Assembly (NCBI GenBank): GCA_964016885.1
Contig: OZ024743.1
Span: 223,944,001-224,008,000 of the forward strand
Direction of reading: 5' to 3'
From: Eledone cirrhosa
Taxonomy: Eukaryota
Length of the DNA: 64,000 nucleotides
A program made the position numbers and the translations under genes. Below the pieces are notes generated by a model that was given only the letters and a program-made list of their open reading frames with translations, made no database searches and was not told the origin of the DNA. Below are positions 14,736 through 26,800 of this stretch, piece after piece (within the stretch, counting starts at the first letter, position 1; every line of letters begins with the position of its first letter).

Positions 14736-15989
14736 GGTGATATTGTTGTTGTTGTCATTGTTATTGGTGTTGATATTGTTGTTGTTGTCATTGTTATTGG
14801 TGTTGATATTGCTGTTGTTGTCATTGTTATTGGTGTTGATATTGTTGTTGTTCTCATTGTTATCGGTGGTGATATTGTTGTTGTTGTCATTGTTATTGGT
14901 GGTGATATTGTTGTTGTTGTCATTGTTATTGGTGTTGATATTGCTGTTGTTGTCATTGTTATTGGTGGTGATATTGTTGTTGTTGTCATTGTTATTGGTG
15001 TTGATATTGCTGTTGTTGTCATTGTTATTGGTGTTGATATTGTTGTTGTTCTCATTGTTATCGGTGGTGATATTGTTGTTGTTGTCATTGTTATTGGTGG
15101 TGATATTGTTGTTGTTGTCATTGTTATTGGTGTTGATATTGCTGTTGTTGTCATTGTTATTGGTGGTGATATTGTTGTTGTTGTCATTGTTATTGGTGTT
15201 GATATTGTTGTTGTTGTCATTGTTATTGGTGTTGATATTGCTGTTGTTGTCGTTGTTATTGGTGGTGATATTGTTGTTGTTGTCGTTGTTATTGGTGTTA
15301 ATATTGTTGTTGTTATCATTGTTATTGGTGTTGATATTGTTGTTGTTGTCATTGTTATTGGTGTTGATATAGTTGTTGTTGTCGTTGTTATTGGTGTTGA
15401 TATTGCTGTTGTTGTCATTGTTATTGGTGTTGATATTGTTGTTGTTGTCGTTGTTATTGGTGTTGATATTGCTGTTGTTGTCATTGTTATTGGTGTTGAT
15501 ATTGCTGTTGTTGTCGTTGTTATTGGTGTTGATATTGCTGTTGTTGTCATTGTTATTGGTATTGATATTGCTGTTGTTGTCATTGTTATTGGTGTTGATA
15601 TTGCTGTTGTTGTCATTGTTATTGTTGTTGATATTGTTGTTGTTGTCGTTGTTATTGGTGTTGATATTGCTGTTGTTGTCATTGTTATTGGTGTTGATAT
15701 TGCTGTTGTTGTTGTTGTTATTGGTGTTGATATTGCTGTTGTTGTCATTGTTATTGGTGTTGATATTGCTGTTGTTGTCATTGTTATTGGTGTTGATATT
15801 GCTGTTGTTGTCATTGTTATTGGTGTTTATATTGCTGTTGTTGTCGTTGTTATTGGTGTTGATATTGCTGTTGTTGTCATTGTTATTGGTGTTGATATTG
15901 CTGTTGTTGTCATTGTTATTGGTGTTGATATTGCTGTTGTTGTCATTGTTATTGGTGTTGATATTGTTGTTGTTCTCGTTGTTATTGGT

Positions 15990-18900
15990 GTTGATATTGC
16001 TGTTGTTGTCGTTGTTATTGGTGTTGATATTGCTGTTGTTGTCGTTGTTATTGGTGTTGATATTGCTGTTGTTGTCATTGTTATTGGTGTTGATATTGCT
16101 GTTGTTGTCATTGTTATTGGTGTTGATATTGCTGTTGTTGTCATTGTTATTGGTGTTGATATTGCTGTTGTTGTCATTGTTATTGGTGTTGATATTGCTG
16201 TTGTTGTCATTGTTATTGGTGTTGATATTGTTGTTGTTGTGGTTGTTATTGGTGTTGATATTGTTGTTGTTGTCGTTGTTATTGGTGTTGATATTGCTGT
16301 TGTTGTCATTGTTATTGGTGTTTATATTGCTGTTGTTGTCATTGTTATTGGTGGTGATATTGCTGTTGTTGTCATTGTTATTGGTGTTGATATTGCTGTT
16401 GTTGTCATTGTTATTGGTCTTGATATTGCTGTTGTTGTTATTGTTATTGGTGGTGATATTGCTGTTGTTGTCATAGTTATTGGTGTTGATATTGCTGTTG
16501 TTGTCGTTGTTATTGGTGTTGATATTGCTGTTGTTGTCATTGTTATTGGTGGTGATATTGCTGTTTGCTGTCGTTGTTATTGGTGTTGATATTGCTGTTG
16601 TTGTCATTGTTATTGGTGGTGATATTTTTGTTGTTGTCATTGTTATTGGTGTTGATATTGTTGTTGTTGTTGTTGTTATTGGTGTTGATATTGCTGTTGT
16701 TGTTGTTGTTATTGGTGTTGATATTGCTGTTGTTGTCATTGTTATTGGTGTTGACATTGTTGTTGCTGTCGTTGTTATTGGTGTTGATATTGCTGTTGTT
16801 GTCATTGTTATTGGTGGTGATATTGTTGTTGTTGTCGTTGTTATTGGTGTTGATATTGTTGTTGTTGTTGTTGTTATTGGTGTTGATATTGCTGTTGTTG
16901 TTGTTGTTATTGGTGTTGATATTGCTGTTGTTGTCATTGTTATTGGTGTTGATATTGCTGTTGTTGTTGTTGTTATTGGTGTTGATATTGCTGTTGTTGT
17001 CATTGTTATTGGTGTTGACATTGTTGTTGCTGTCGTTGTTATTGGTGTTGATATTGCTGTTGTTGTCGTTGTTATTGGTGGTGATATTGTTGTTGTTGTC
17101 GTTGTTATTGGTCTTGATATTGCTGTTGTTGTCGTTGTTATTGGTGTTGATATTGCTGTTGTTGTCATTGTTATTGGTGGTGATATTGTTGTTGTTGTCA
17201 TTGTTATTGGTGTTGATATTGTTGTTGTTGTTGTTGTTATTGGTGTTGATATTGCTGTTGTTGTTGTTGTTATTGGTGTTGATATTGCTGTTGTTGTCAT
17301 TGTTATTGGTGTTGACATTGTTGTTGCTGTCGTTGTTATTGGTGTTGATATTGCTGTTGTTGTCGTTGTTATTGGTGGTGATATTGTTGTTGTTGTCGTT
17401 GTTATTGGTCTTGATATTGCTGTTGTTGTCGTTGTTATTGGTGTTGATATTGCTGTTGTTGTCATTGTTATTGGTGGTGATATTGTTGTTGTTGTCATTG
17501 TTATTGGTGTTGATATTGTTGTTGTTGTTGTTGTTATTGGTGTTGATATTGCTGTTGTTGTCATTGTTATTGGTGTTGACATTGTTGTTGCTGTCGTTGT
17601 TATTGGTGTTGATATTGTTGTTGTTGTTGTTGTTATTGGTGTTGATATTGCTGTTGTTGTCATTGTTATTGGTGTTGATATTGTTGTTGTTGTTATTGTT
17701 ATTGGTGTTGATATTGCTGTTGTTGTTATTGTTATTGTTGGTGATATTGCTGTTGTTGTCGTTGTTATTGGTGGTGATATTGTTGTTGTTGTCATTGTTA
17801 TTGGTGTTGATATTGCTGTTGTTGTCGTTGTTATTGGTGTTGATATTGTTATTGGTGTTGATATTGCTGTTGTTGTCATTGTTATTGGTGGTGATATTGT
17901 TGTTGTTGTCATTGTTATTGGTGTTGATATTGCTGTTGTTGTCATTGTTATTGGTGTTGATATTGTTGTTGTTCTCATTGTTATCGGTGGTGATATTGTT
18001 GTTGTTGTCATTGTTATTGGTGGTGATATTGTTGTTGTTGTCATTGTTATTGGTGTTGATATTGCTGTTGTTGTCATTGTTATTGGTGGTGATATTGTTG
18101 TTGTTGTCATTGTTATTGGTGTTGATATTGTTGTTGTTGTCATTGTTATTGGTGTTGATATTGCTGTTGTTGTCGTTGTTATTGGTGGTGATATTGTTGT
18201 TGTTGTCGTTGTTATTGGTGTTGATATTGTTGTTGTTGTCATTGTTATTGGTGTTGATATTGTTGTTGTTGTCATTGTTATTGGTGTTGATATTGCTGTT
18301 GTTGTCATTGTTATTGGTGTTGATATTGTTGTTGTTGTCGTTGTTATTGGTGTTGATATTGCTGTTGTTGTCGTTGTTATTGGTGTTGATATTGCTGTTG
18401 TTGTCGTTGTTATTGGTGTTGATATTGCTGTTGTTGTCATTGTTATTGGTGTTGATATTGCTGTTGTTGTCATTGTTATTGGTGTTGATATTGCTGTTGT
18501 TGTCATTGTTATTGGTGTTGATATTGCTGTTGTTGTCATTGTTATTGGTGTTGATATTGCTGTTGTTGTCATTGTTATTGGTGTTGATATTGTTGTTGTT
18601 GTGGTTGTTATTGGTGTTGATATTGTTGTTGTTGTCATTGTTATTGGTGTTGATATTGCTGTTGTTGTCATTGTTATTGGTGTTTATATTGCTGTTGTTG
18701 TCATTGTTATTGGTGGTGATATTGCTGTTGTTGTCATTGTTATTGGTGTTGATATTGCTGTTGTTGTCATTGTTATTGGTCTTGATATTGCTGTTGTTGT
18801 TATTGTTATTGGTGGTGATATTGCTGTTGTTGTCATAGTTATTGGTGTTGATATTGCTGTTGTTGTCGTTGTTATTGGTGTTGATATTGCTGTTGTTGTC

Positions 18901-20650
18901 ATTGTTATTGGTGGTGATATTGCTGTTTGCTGTCGTTGTTATTGGTGTTGATATTGCTGTTGTTGTCATTGTTATTGGTGGTGATATTTTTGTTGTTGTC
19001 ATTGTTATTGGTGTTGATATTGTTGTTGTTGTTGTTGTTATTGGTGTTGATATTGCTGTTGTTGTTGTTGTTATTGGTGTTGATATTGCTGTTGTTGTCA
19101 TTGTTATTGGTGTTGACATTGTTGTTGCTGTCGTTGTTATTGGTGTTGATATTGCTGTTGTTGTCATTGTTATTGGTGGTGATATTGTTGTTGTTGTCGT
19201 TGTTATTGGTGTTGATATTGTTGTTGTTGTTGTTGTTATTGGTGTTGATATTGCTGTTGTTGTTGTTGTTATTGGTGTTGATATTGCTGTTGTTGTCATT
19301 GTTATTGGTGTTGATATTGCTGTTGTTGTTGTTGTTATTGGTGTTGATATTGCTGTTGTTGTCATTGTTATTGGTGTTGACATTGTTGTTGCTGTCGTTG
19401 TTATTGGTGTTGATATTGCTGTTGTTGTCGTTGTTATTGGTGGTGATATTGTTGTTGTTGTCGTTGTTATTGGTCTTGATATTGCTGTTGTTGTCGTTGT
19501 TATTGGTGTTGATATTGCTGTTGTTGTCATTGTTATTGGTGGTGATATTGTTGTTGTTGTCATTGTTATTGGTGTTGATATTGTTGTTGTTGTTGTTGTT
19601 ATTGGTGTTGATATTGCTGTTGTTGTTGTTGTTATTGGTGTTGATATTGCTGTTGTTGTCATTGTTATTGGTGTTGACATTGTTGTTGCTGTCGTTGTTA
19701 TTGGTGTTGATATTGCTGTTGTTGTCGTTGTTATTGGTGGTGATATTGTTGTTGTTGTCGTTGTTATTGGTCTTGATATTGCTGTTGTTGTCGTTGTTAT
19801 TGGTGTTGATATTGCTGTTGTTGTCATTGTTATTGGTGGTGATATTGTTGTTGTTGTCATTGTTATTGGTGTTGATATTGTTGTTGTTGTTGTTGTTATT
19901 GGTGTTGATATTGCTGTTGTTGTCATTGTTATTGGTGTTGACATTGTTGTTGCTGTCGTTGTTATTGGTGTTGATATTGTTGTTGTTGTTGTTGTTATTG
20001 GTGTTGATATTGCTGTTGTTGTCATTGTTATTGGTGTTGATATTGTTGTTGTTGTTATTGTTATTGGTGTTGATATTGCTGTTGTTGTTATTGTTATTGT
20101 TGGTGATATTGCTGTTGTTGTCGTTGTTATTGGTGGTGATATTGTTGTTGTTGTCATTGTTATTGGTGTTGATATTGCTGTTGTTGTCGTTGTTATTGGT
20201 GTTGATATTGTTATTGGTGTTGATATTGCTGTTGTTGTCATTGTTATTGGTGGTGATATTGTTGTTGTTGTCATTGTTATTGGTGTTGATATTGCTGTTG
20301 TTGTCATTGTTATTGGTGTTGATATTGTTGTTGTTCTCATTGTTATCGGTGGTGATATTGTTGTTGTTGTCATTGTTATTGGTGGTGATATTGTTGTTGT
20401 TGTCATTGTTATTGGTGTTGATATTGCTGTTGTTGTCATTGTTATTGATGGTGATATTGTTGTTGTTGTCATTGTTATTGGTGTTGATATTGTTGTTGTT
20501 GTCATTGTTATTGGTGTTGATATTGCTGTTGTTGTCGTTGTTATTGGTGGTGATATTGTTGTTGTTGTCGTTGTTATTGGTGTTGATATTGTTGTTGTTG
20601 TCATTGTTATTGGTGTTGATATTGTTGTTGTTGTCATTGTTATTGGTGTT
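15990..20650. repeat. Tandem higher-order duplication, 2362-bp period, including a +1 indel
   Basis: GCTGTTTGCTGTC at ~16560 and ~18922. 18-bp truncated unit at ~17836 and ~20198. ORF ends 16543/18905 and 16322/18684. Confidence 0.92.
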
Positions 20651-21879
20651 GATATTGTTGTTGTTGTCGTTGTTATTGGTGTTGATATTGCTGTTGTTGT
20701 CATTGTTATTGGTGTTGATATTGTTGTTGTTGTCGTTGTTATTGGTGTTGATATTGCTGTTGTTGTCATTGTTATTGGTGTTGATATTGCTGTTGTTGTC
20801 GTTGTTATTGGTGTTGATATTGCTGTTGTTGTCATTGTTATTGGTATTGATATTGCTGTTGTTGTCATTGTTATTGGTGTTGATATTGCTGTTGTTGTCA
20901 TTGTTATTGTTGTTGATATTGTTGTTGTTGTCGTTGTTATTGGTGTTGATATTGCTGTTGTTGTCATTGTTATTGGTGTTGATATTGCTGTTGTTGTCGT
21001 TGTTATTGGTGTTGATATTGCTGTTGTTGTCATTGTTATTGGTGTTGATATTGCTGTTGTTGTCATTGTTATTGGTGTTGATATTGCTGTTGTTGTCATT
21101 GTTATTGTTGTTGATATTGCTGTTGTTGTCGTTGTTATTGGTGTTGATATTGCTGTTGTTGTCATTGTTATTGGTGTTGATATTGTTGTTGTTGTCGTTG
21201 TTATTGGTGTTGATATTGCTGTTGTTGTCATTGTTATTGGTGTTGATATTGTTGTTGTTGTCATTGTTATTGGTGTTGATATTGCTGTTGTTGTCATTGT
21301 TATTGGTGTTGATATTGTTGTTGTTGTCGTTGTTATTGGTGTTGATATTGCTGTTGTTGTCATTGTTATTGGTGTTGATATTGCTGTTGTTGTCATTGTT
21401 ATTGGTGTTGATATTGCTGTTGTTGTCATTGTTATTGGTGTTGATATTGTTGTTGTTGTCGTTGTTATTGGTGTTGATATTGCTGTTGTTGTCGTTGTTA
21501 TTGGTGTTGATATTGCTGTTGTTGTCGTTGTTATTGGTGTTGATATTGCTGTTGTTGTCATTGTTATTGGTGTTGATATTGCTGTTGTTGTCATTGTTAT
21601 TGGTGTTGATATTGCTGTTGTTGTCATTGTTATTGGTGTTGATATTGCTGTTGTTGTCATTGTTATTGGTGTTGATATTGCTGTTGTTGTCATTGTTATT
21701 GGTGTTGATATTGTTGTTGTTGTGGTTGTTATTGGTGTTGATATTGTTGTTGTTGTCGTTGTTATTGGTGTTGATATTGCTGTTGTTGTCATTGTTATTG
21801 GTGTTTATATTGCTGTTGTTGTCATTGTTATTGGTGGTGATATTGCTGTTGTTGTCATTGTTATTGGTGTTGATATTGC

Positions 21880-23830
21880 TGTTGTTGTCATTGTTATTGG
21901 TCTTGATATTGCTGTTGTTGTTATTGTTATTGGTGGTGATATTGCTGTTGTTGTCATAGTTATTGGTGTTGATATTGCTGTTGTTGTCATTGTTATTGGT
22001 GTTGATATTGCTGTTGTTGTCATTGTTATTGGTGTTGATATTGTTGTTGTTGTCATTGTTATTTGTGTTGATATTGTTGTTGTTGTCGTTGTTATTGGTG
22101 TTGATATTGCTGTTGTTGTCATTGTTATTGGTGTTGATATTGTTGTTGTTGTCATTGTTATTGGTGTTGATATTGTTGTTGTTGTGGTTGTTATTGGTGT
22201 TGATATTGTTGTTGTTGTCGTTGTTATTGGTGTTGATATTGCTGTTGTTGTCATTGTTATTGGTGTTGATATTGCTATTGTTGTCGTTGTTATTGGTGTT
22301 GATATTGCTGTTGTTGTCATTGTTATTGGTGTTTATATTGCTGTTGTTGTCATTGTTATTGGTGGTGATATTGCTGTTGTTGTCATTGTTATTCGTGTTG
22401 ATATTGCTGTTGTTGTCGTTGTTATTGGTGGTGATATTGTTGTTGTTGTCATTGTTATTGGTGTTGATATTGCTGTTTTTGTCATTGTTATTGGTGTTGA
22501 TATTGTTTTTGTTGTCATTGTTATAGGTGGTGATATTGTTGTTGTTGTCATTGTTATTGGTGGTGATATTGTTGTTGTTCTCATCGTTATTGGTGTTGAT
22601 ATTGCTGTTGTTGTCATTGTTATTGGTGGTGATATTGTTGTTGTTGTCATTGTTATTGGTGTTGATATTGTTGTTGTTGTCATTGTTATTGGTGTTGATA
22701 TTGCTGTTGTCATTGTTATTGGTGGTGATATTGTTGTTGTTGTCATTGTTATTGGTGTTGATATTGTTGTTGTTGTCATTGTTATTGGTGTTGATATTGC
22801 GGTTGTTGTCATTGTTATTGGTGTTGATATTGCTGTTGTTGTCGTTGTTATTGGTGTTGATATTGCTGTTGTTGTCATTGTTATTGGTGTTGATATTGCT
22901 GTTGTTGTCATTGTTATTGGTGTTGATATTGCTGTTGTTGTCATTGTTATTGGTGTTGATATTGCTGTTGTTGTCGTTGTTATTGGTGTTGACATTGCTG
23001 TTGTTGTCATTGTTATTGGTGTTGATATTGCTGTTGTTGTCATTGTTATTGGTCTTGATATTGCTGTTGTTGTTATTGTTATTGGTGGTGATATTGCTGT
23101 TGTTGTCATAGTTATTGGTGTTGATATTGCTGTTGTTGTCATTGTTATTGGTGTTGATATTGCTGTTGTTGTCATTGTTATTGGTGTTGATATTGTTGTT
23201 GTTGTCATTGTTATTTGTGTTGATATTGTTGTTGTTGTCGTTGTTATTGGTGTTGATATTGCTGTTGTTGTCATTGTTATTGGTGTTGATATTGTTGTTG
23301 TTGTCATTGTTATTGGTGTTGATATTGTTGTTGTTGTGGTTGTTATTGGTGTTGATATTGTTGTTGTTGTCGTTGTTATTGGTGTTGATATTGCTGTTGT
23401 TGTCATTGTTATTGGTGTTGATATTGCTATTGTTGTCGTTGTTATTGGTGTTGATATTGCTGTTGTTGTCATTGTTATTGGTGTTTATATTGCTGTTGTT
23501 GTCATTGTTATTGGTGGTGATATTGCTGTTGTTGTCATTGTTATTCGTGTTGATATTGCTGTTGTTGTCGTTGTTATTGGTGGTGATATTGTTGTTGTTG
23601 TCATTGTTATTGGTGTTGATATTGCTGTTTTTGTCATTGTTATTGGTGTTGATATTGTTTTTGTTGTCATTGTTATAGGTGGTGATATTGTTGTTGTTGT
23701 CATTGTTATTGGTGGTGATATTGTTGTTGTTCTCATCGTTATTGGTGTTGATATTGCTGTTGTTGTCATTGTTATTGGTGGTGATATTGTTGTTGTTGTC
23801 ATTGTTATTGGTGTTGATATTGTTGTTGTT
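21880..23830. repeat. Tandem higher-order duplication, 1152-bp period; a third related copy lies near 24900-25660
   Basis: GGTCTT at 21899/23051 and CTCATCGTT at ~22580/23732. 187-aa ORFs start at 21963, 23115 and 25026. Confidence 0.88.
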
Positions 23831-26800
23831 GTCATTGTTATTGGTGGTGATATTGCTGTTGTTGTTATTGTTATTGGTGTTGATATTGCTGTTGTTGTCA
23901 TTGTTATTCGTGTTGATATTGTTGTTGTTGTCATTGTTATTGGTGTTGATATTGTTGTTGTTGTCGTTGTTATTGGTGTTGATATTGCTGTTGTTGTCCT
24001 TGTTATTGGTGTTGATATTGCTGTTGTTGTCATTGTTATTGGTGTTGATATTGCTGTTGTTGTCATTGTCATTGGTGGTGATATTGCTGTTGTTGTCATT
24101 GTTATTGGTGGTGATATTGTTGTTGTCGTTGTTATTGGTGTTGACATTGCTGTTGCTGTCATTGTTATTGGTGTTGATATTGCTGTTGTTGTCATTGTTA
24201 TAGGTGTTGATATTGCTGTTGTTGTCATTGTTATTCGTGTTGATATTGTTGTTGTTGTCGTTGTTATTGGTGTTGATATTGCTGTTGTTGTCGTTGTTAT
24301 TGGTGTTGATATTGCTGTTGTTGTCGTTGTTATTGGTGTTGATATTGCTGTTGTTGTTGTTGTTATTGGTGTTGATATTGTTGTTGTTGTCATTGTTATT
24401 GGTGCTGATATTGCTGTTGTTGTCATTGTTATTGGTGTTGATATTGCTGTTGTTGTCATTGTTATTGGTGTTGATATTGCTGTTGTTGTCATTGTTATTG
24501 GTGCTGATATTGCTGTTGTTGTCATTGTTATTGGTGTTGATATTGTTGTTGGTGTGGTTGTTATTGGTGTTGATATTGTTGTTGTTGTCGTTGTTATCGG
24601 TGGTGATATTGCTGTTGTTGTCGTTGTTATTGGTGTTGATATTGCTGTTGTTGTCATTGTTATTGGTGCTGATATTGCTGTTGTTGTCATTGTTATTGGT
24701 GTTGATATTGCTGTTGTTGTCATTGTTATTGGTGTTGATATTGCTGTTGTTGTCATTGTTATTGGTGTTGATATTGCTGTTGTTGTCATTGTTATTGGTG
24801 TTGATATTGTTGTTGGTGTGGTTGTTATTGGTGTTGATATTGTTGTTGTTGTCGTTGTTATTGGTGTTGATATTGCTGTTGTTGTCATTGTTATTGGTGT
24901 TTATATTGCTGTTGTTGTCATTGTTATTGGTGGTGATATTGCTGTTGTTGTCATTGTTATTGGTGTTGATATTGCTGTTGTTGTTATTGTTATTGGTGGT
25001 GATATTGCTGTTGTTGTCATAGTTATTGGTGTTGATATTGCTGTTGTTGTCATTGTTATTGGTGTTGATATTGCTGTTGTTGTCATTGTTATTGGTGTTG
25101 ATATTGTTGTTGTTGTCATTGTTATTTGTGTTGATATTGTTGTTGTTGTCGTTGTTATTGGTGTTGATATTGCTGTTGTTGTCATTGTTATTGGTGTTGA
25201 TATTGTTGTTGTTGTCATTGTTATTGGTGTTGATATTGTTGTTGTTGTGGTTGTTATTGGTGTTGATATTGTTGTTGTTGTCGTTGTTATTGGTGTTGAT
25301 ATTGCTGTTGTTGTCATTGTTATTGGTGTTGATATTGCTATTGTTGTCGTTGTTATTGGTGTTGATATTGCTGTTGTTGTCATTGTTATTGGTGTTTATA
25401 TTGCTGTTGTTGTCATTGTTATTGGTGGTGATATTGCTGTTGTTGCCATTGTTATTCGCGTTGATATTGCTGTTGTTGTCGTTGTTATTGGTGGTGATAT
25501 TGTTGTTGTTGTCATTGTTATTGGTGTTGATATTGCTGTTTTTGTCATTGTTATTGGTGTTGATATTGTTGTTGTTGTCATTGTTATAGGTGGTGATATT
25601 GTTGTTGTTGTCATTGTTATTGGTGGTGATATTGTTGTTGTTCTCATTGTTATTGGTGTTTATTTTTGCTGTTGTTGTCATTGTTATTGGTGGTGATATT
25701 GTTGTTGTTGTCATTGTTATTGGTGTTGATATTGTTGTTGTTGTCATTGTTATTGGTGTTGATATTGCTGTTGTCATTGTTATTGGTGGTGATATTGTTG
25801 TTGTTGTCATTGTTATTGGTGTTGATATTGTTGTTGTTGTCATTGTTATTGGTGTTGATATTGCGGTTGTTGTCGTTGTTATTGGTGGTGATATTGCTGT
25901 TGTTGTTGTCATTGTTATTGGTGTTGATATTGCTGTTGTTGTCGTTGTTATTGGTGGTGATATTGTTGTTGTTGTCATTGTTGTCATTGTTATTGGTGTT
26001 GATATTGTTGTTGTTGTCATTGTTATTGGTGTTGATATTGTTGTTGTTGTCGTTGTTATTGGTGTTGATATTGCTGTTGTTGTCCTTGTTATTGGTGTTG
26101 ATATTGCTGTTGTTGTCATTGTTATTGGTGTTGATATTGCTGTTGTTGTCATTGTCATTGGTGGTGATATTGCTGTTGTTGTCATTGTTATTGGTGGTGA
26201 TATTGTTGTTGTTGTTGTTATTGGTGTTGATATTGTTGTTGTTGTCATTGTTATTGGTGGTGATATTGCTGTTGTTGTTATTGTTATTGGTGTTGATATT
26301 GCTGTTGTTGTGATTGTTATTGGTGTTGATATTGTTGTTGTTGTCATTGTTATTGGTGTTGATATTGCTGTTGTTGTCATTGTTATTGGTGGTGATATTG
26401 TTGTTGTAGTCATTGTTATTGGTGTTGATATTGTTGTTGTTGTCATTGTTATTGGTGTTGATATTGCTGTTGTTGTCGTTGTTATTGGTGGTGATATTGT
26501 TGTTGTTGTCATTGTTATTGGTGTTGATATTGTTGTTGTTGTCATTGTTATTGGTGTTGATATTGCTGTTGTTGTCATTGTTATTGGTGTTGATATTGTT
26601 GTTGTTGTCATTGTTATTGGTGTTGATATTGCTGTTGTTGTCGTTGTTATTGGTGGTGATATTGTTGTTGTTGTCATTGTTATTGGTGTTGATATTGTTG
26701 TTGTTGTCATTGTTATTGGTGTTGATATTGCTGTTGTTGTCATTGTTATTGGTGTTGATATTGCTGTTGTTGTCATTGTTATTGGTGTTGATATTGTTGT

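Noticed and set aside
219-16589. 5456-aa + strand ORF (GVDIAVVVIVI)n and similar Val/Ile ORFs
   Set aside because: This is a pure translation of the repeat. RNY codons cannot reach a stop by one substitution, so the length is uninformative. It has no true start or domains, is implausibly hydrophobic, and ends at copied frameshifts.
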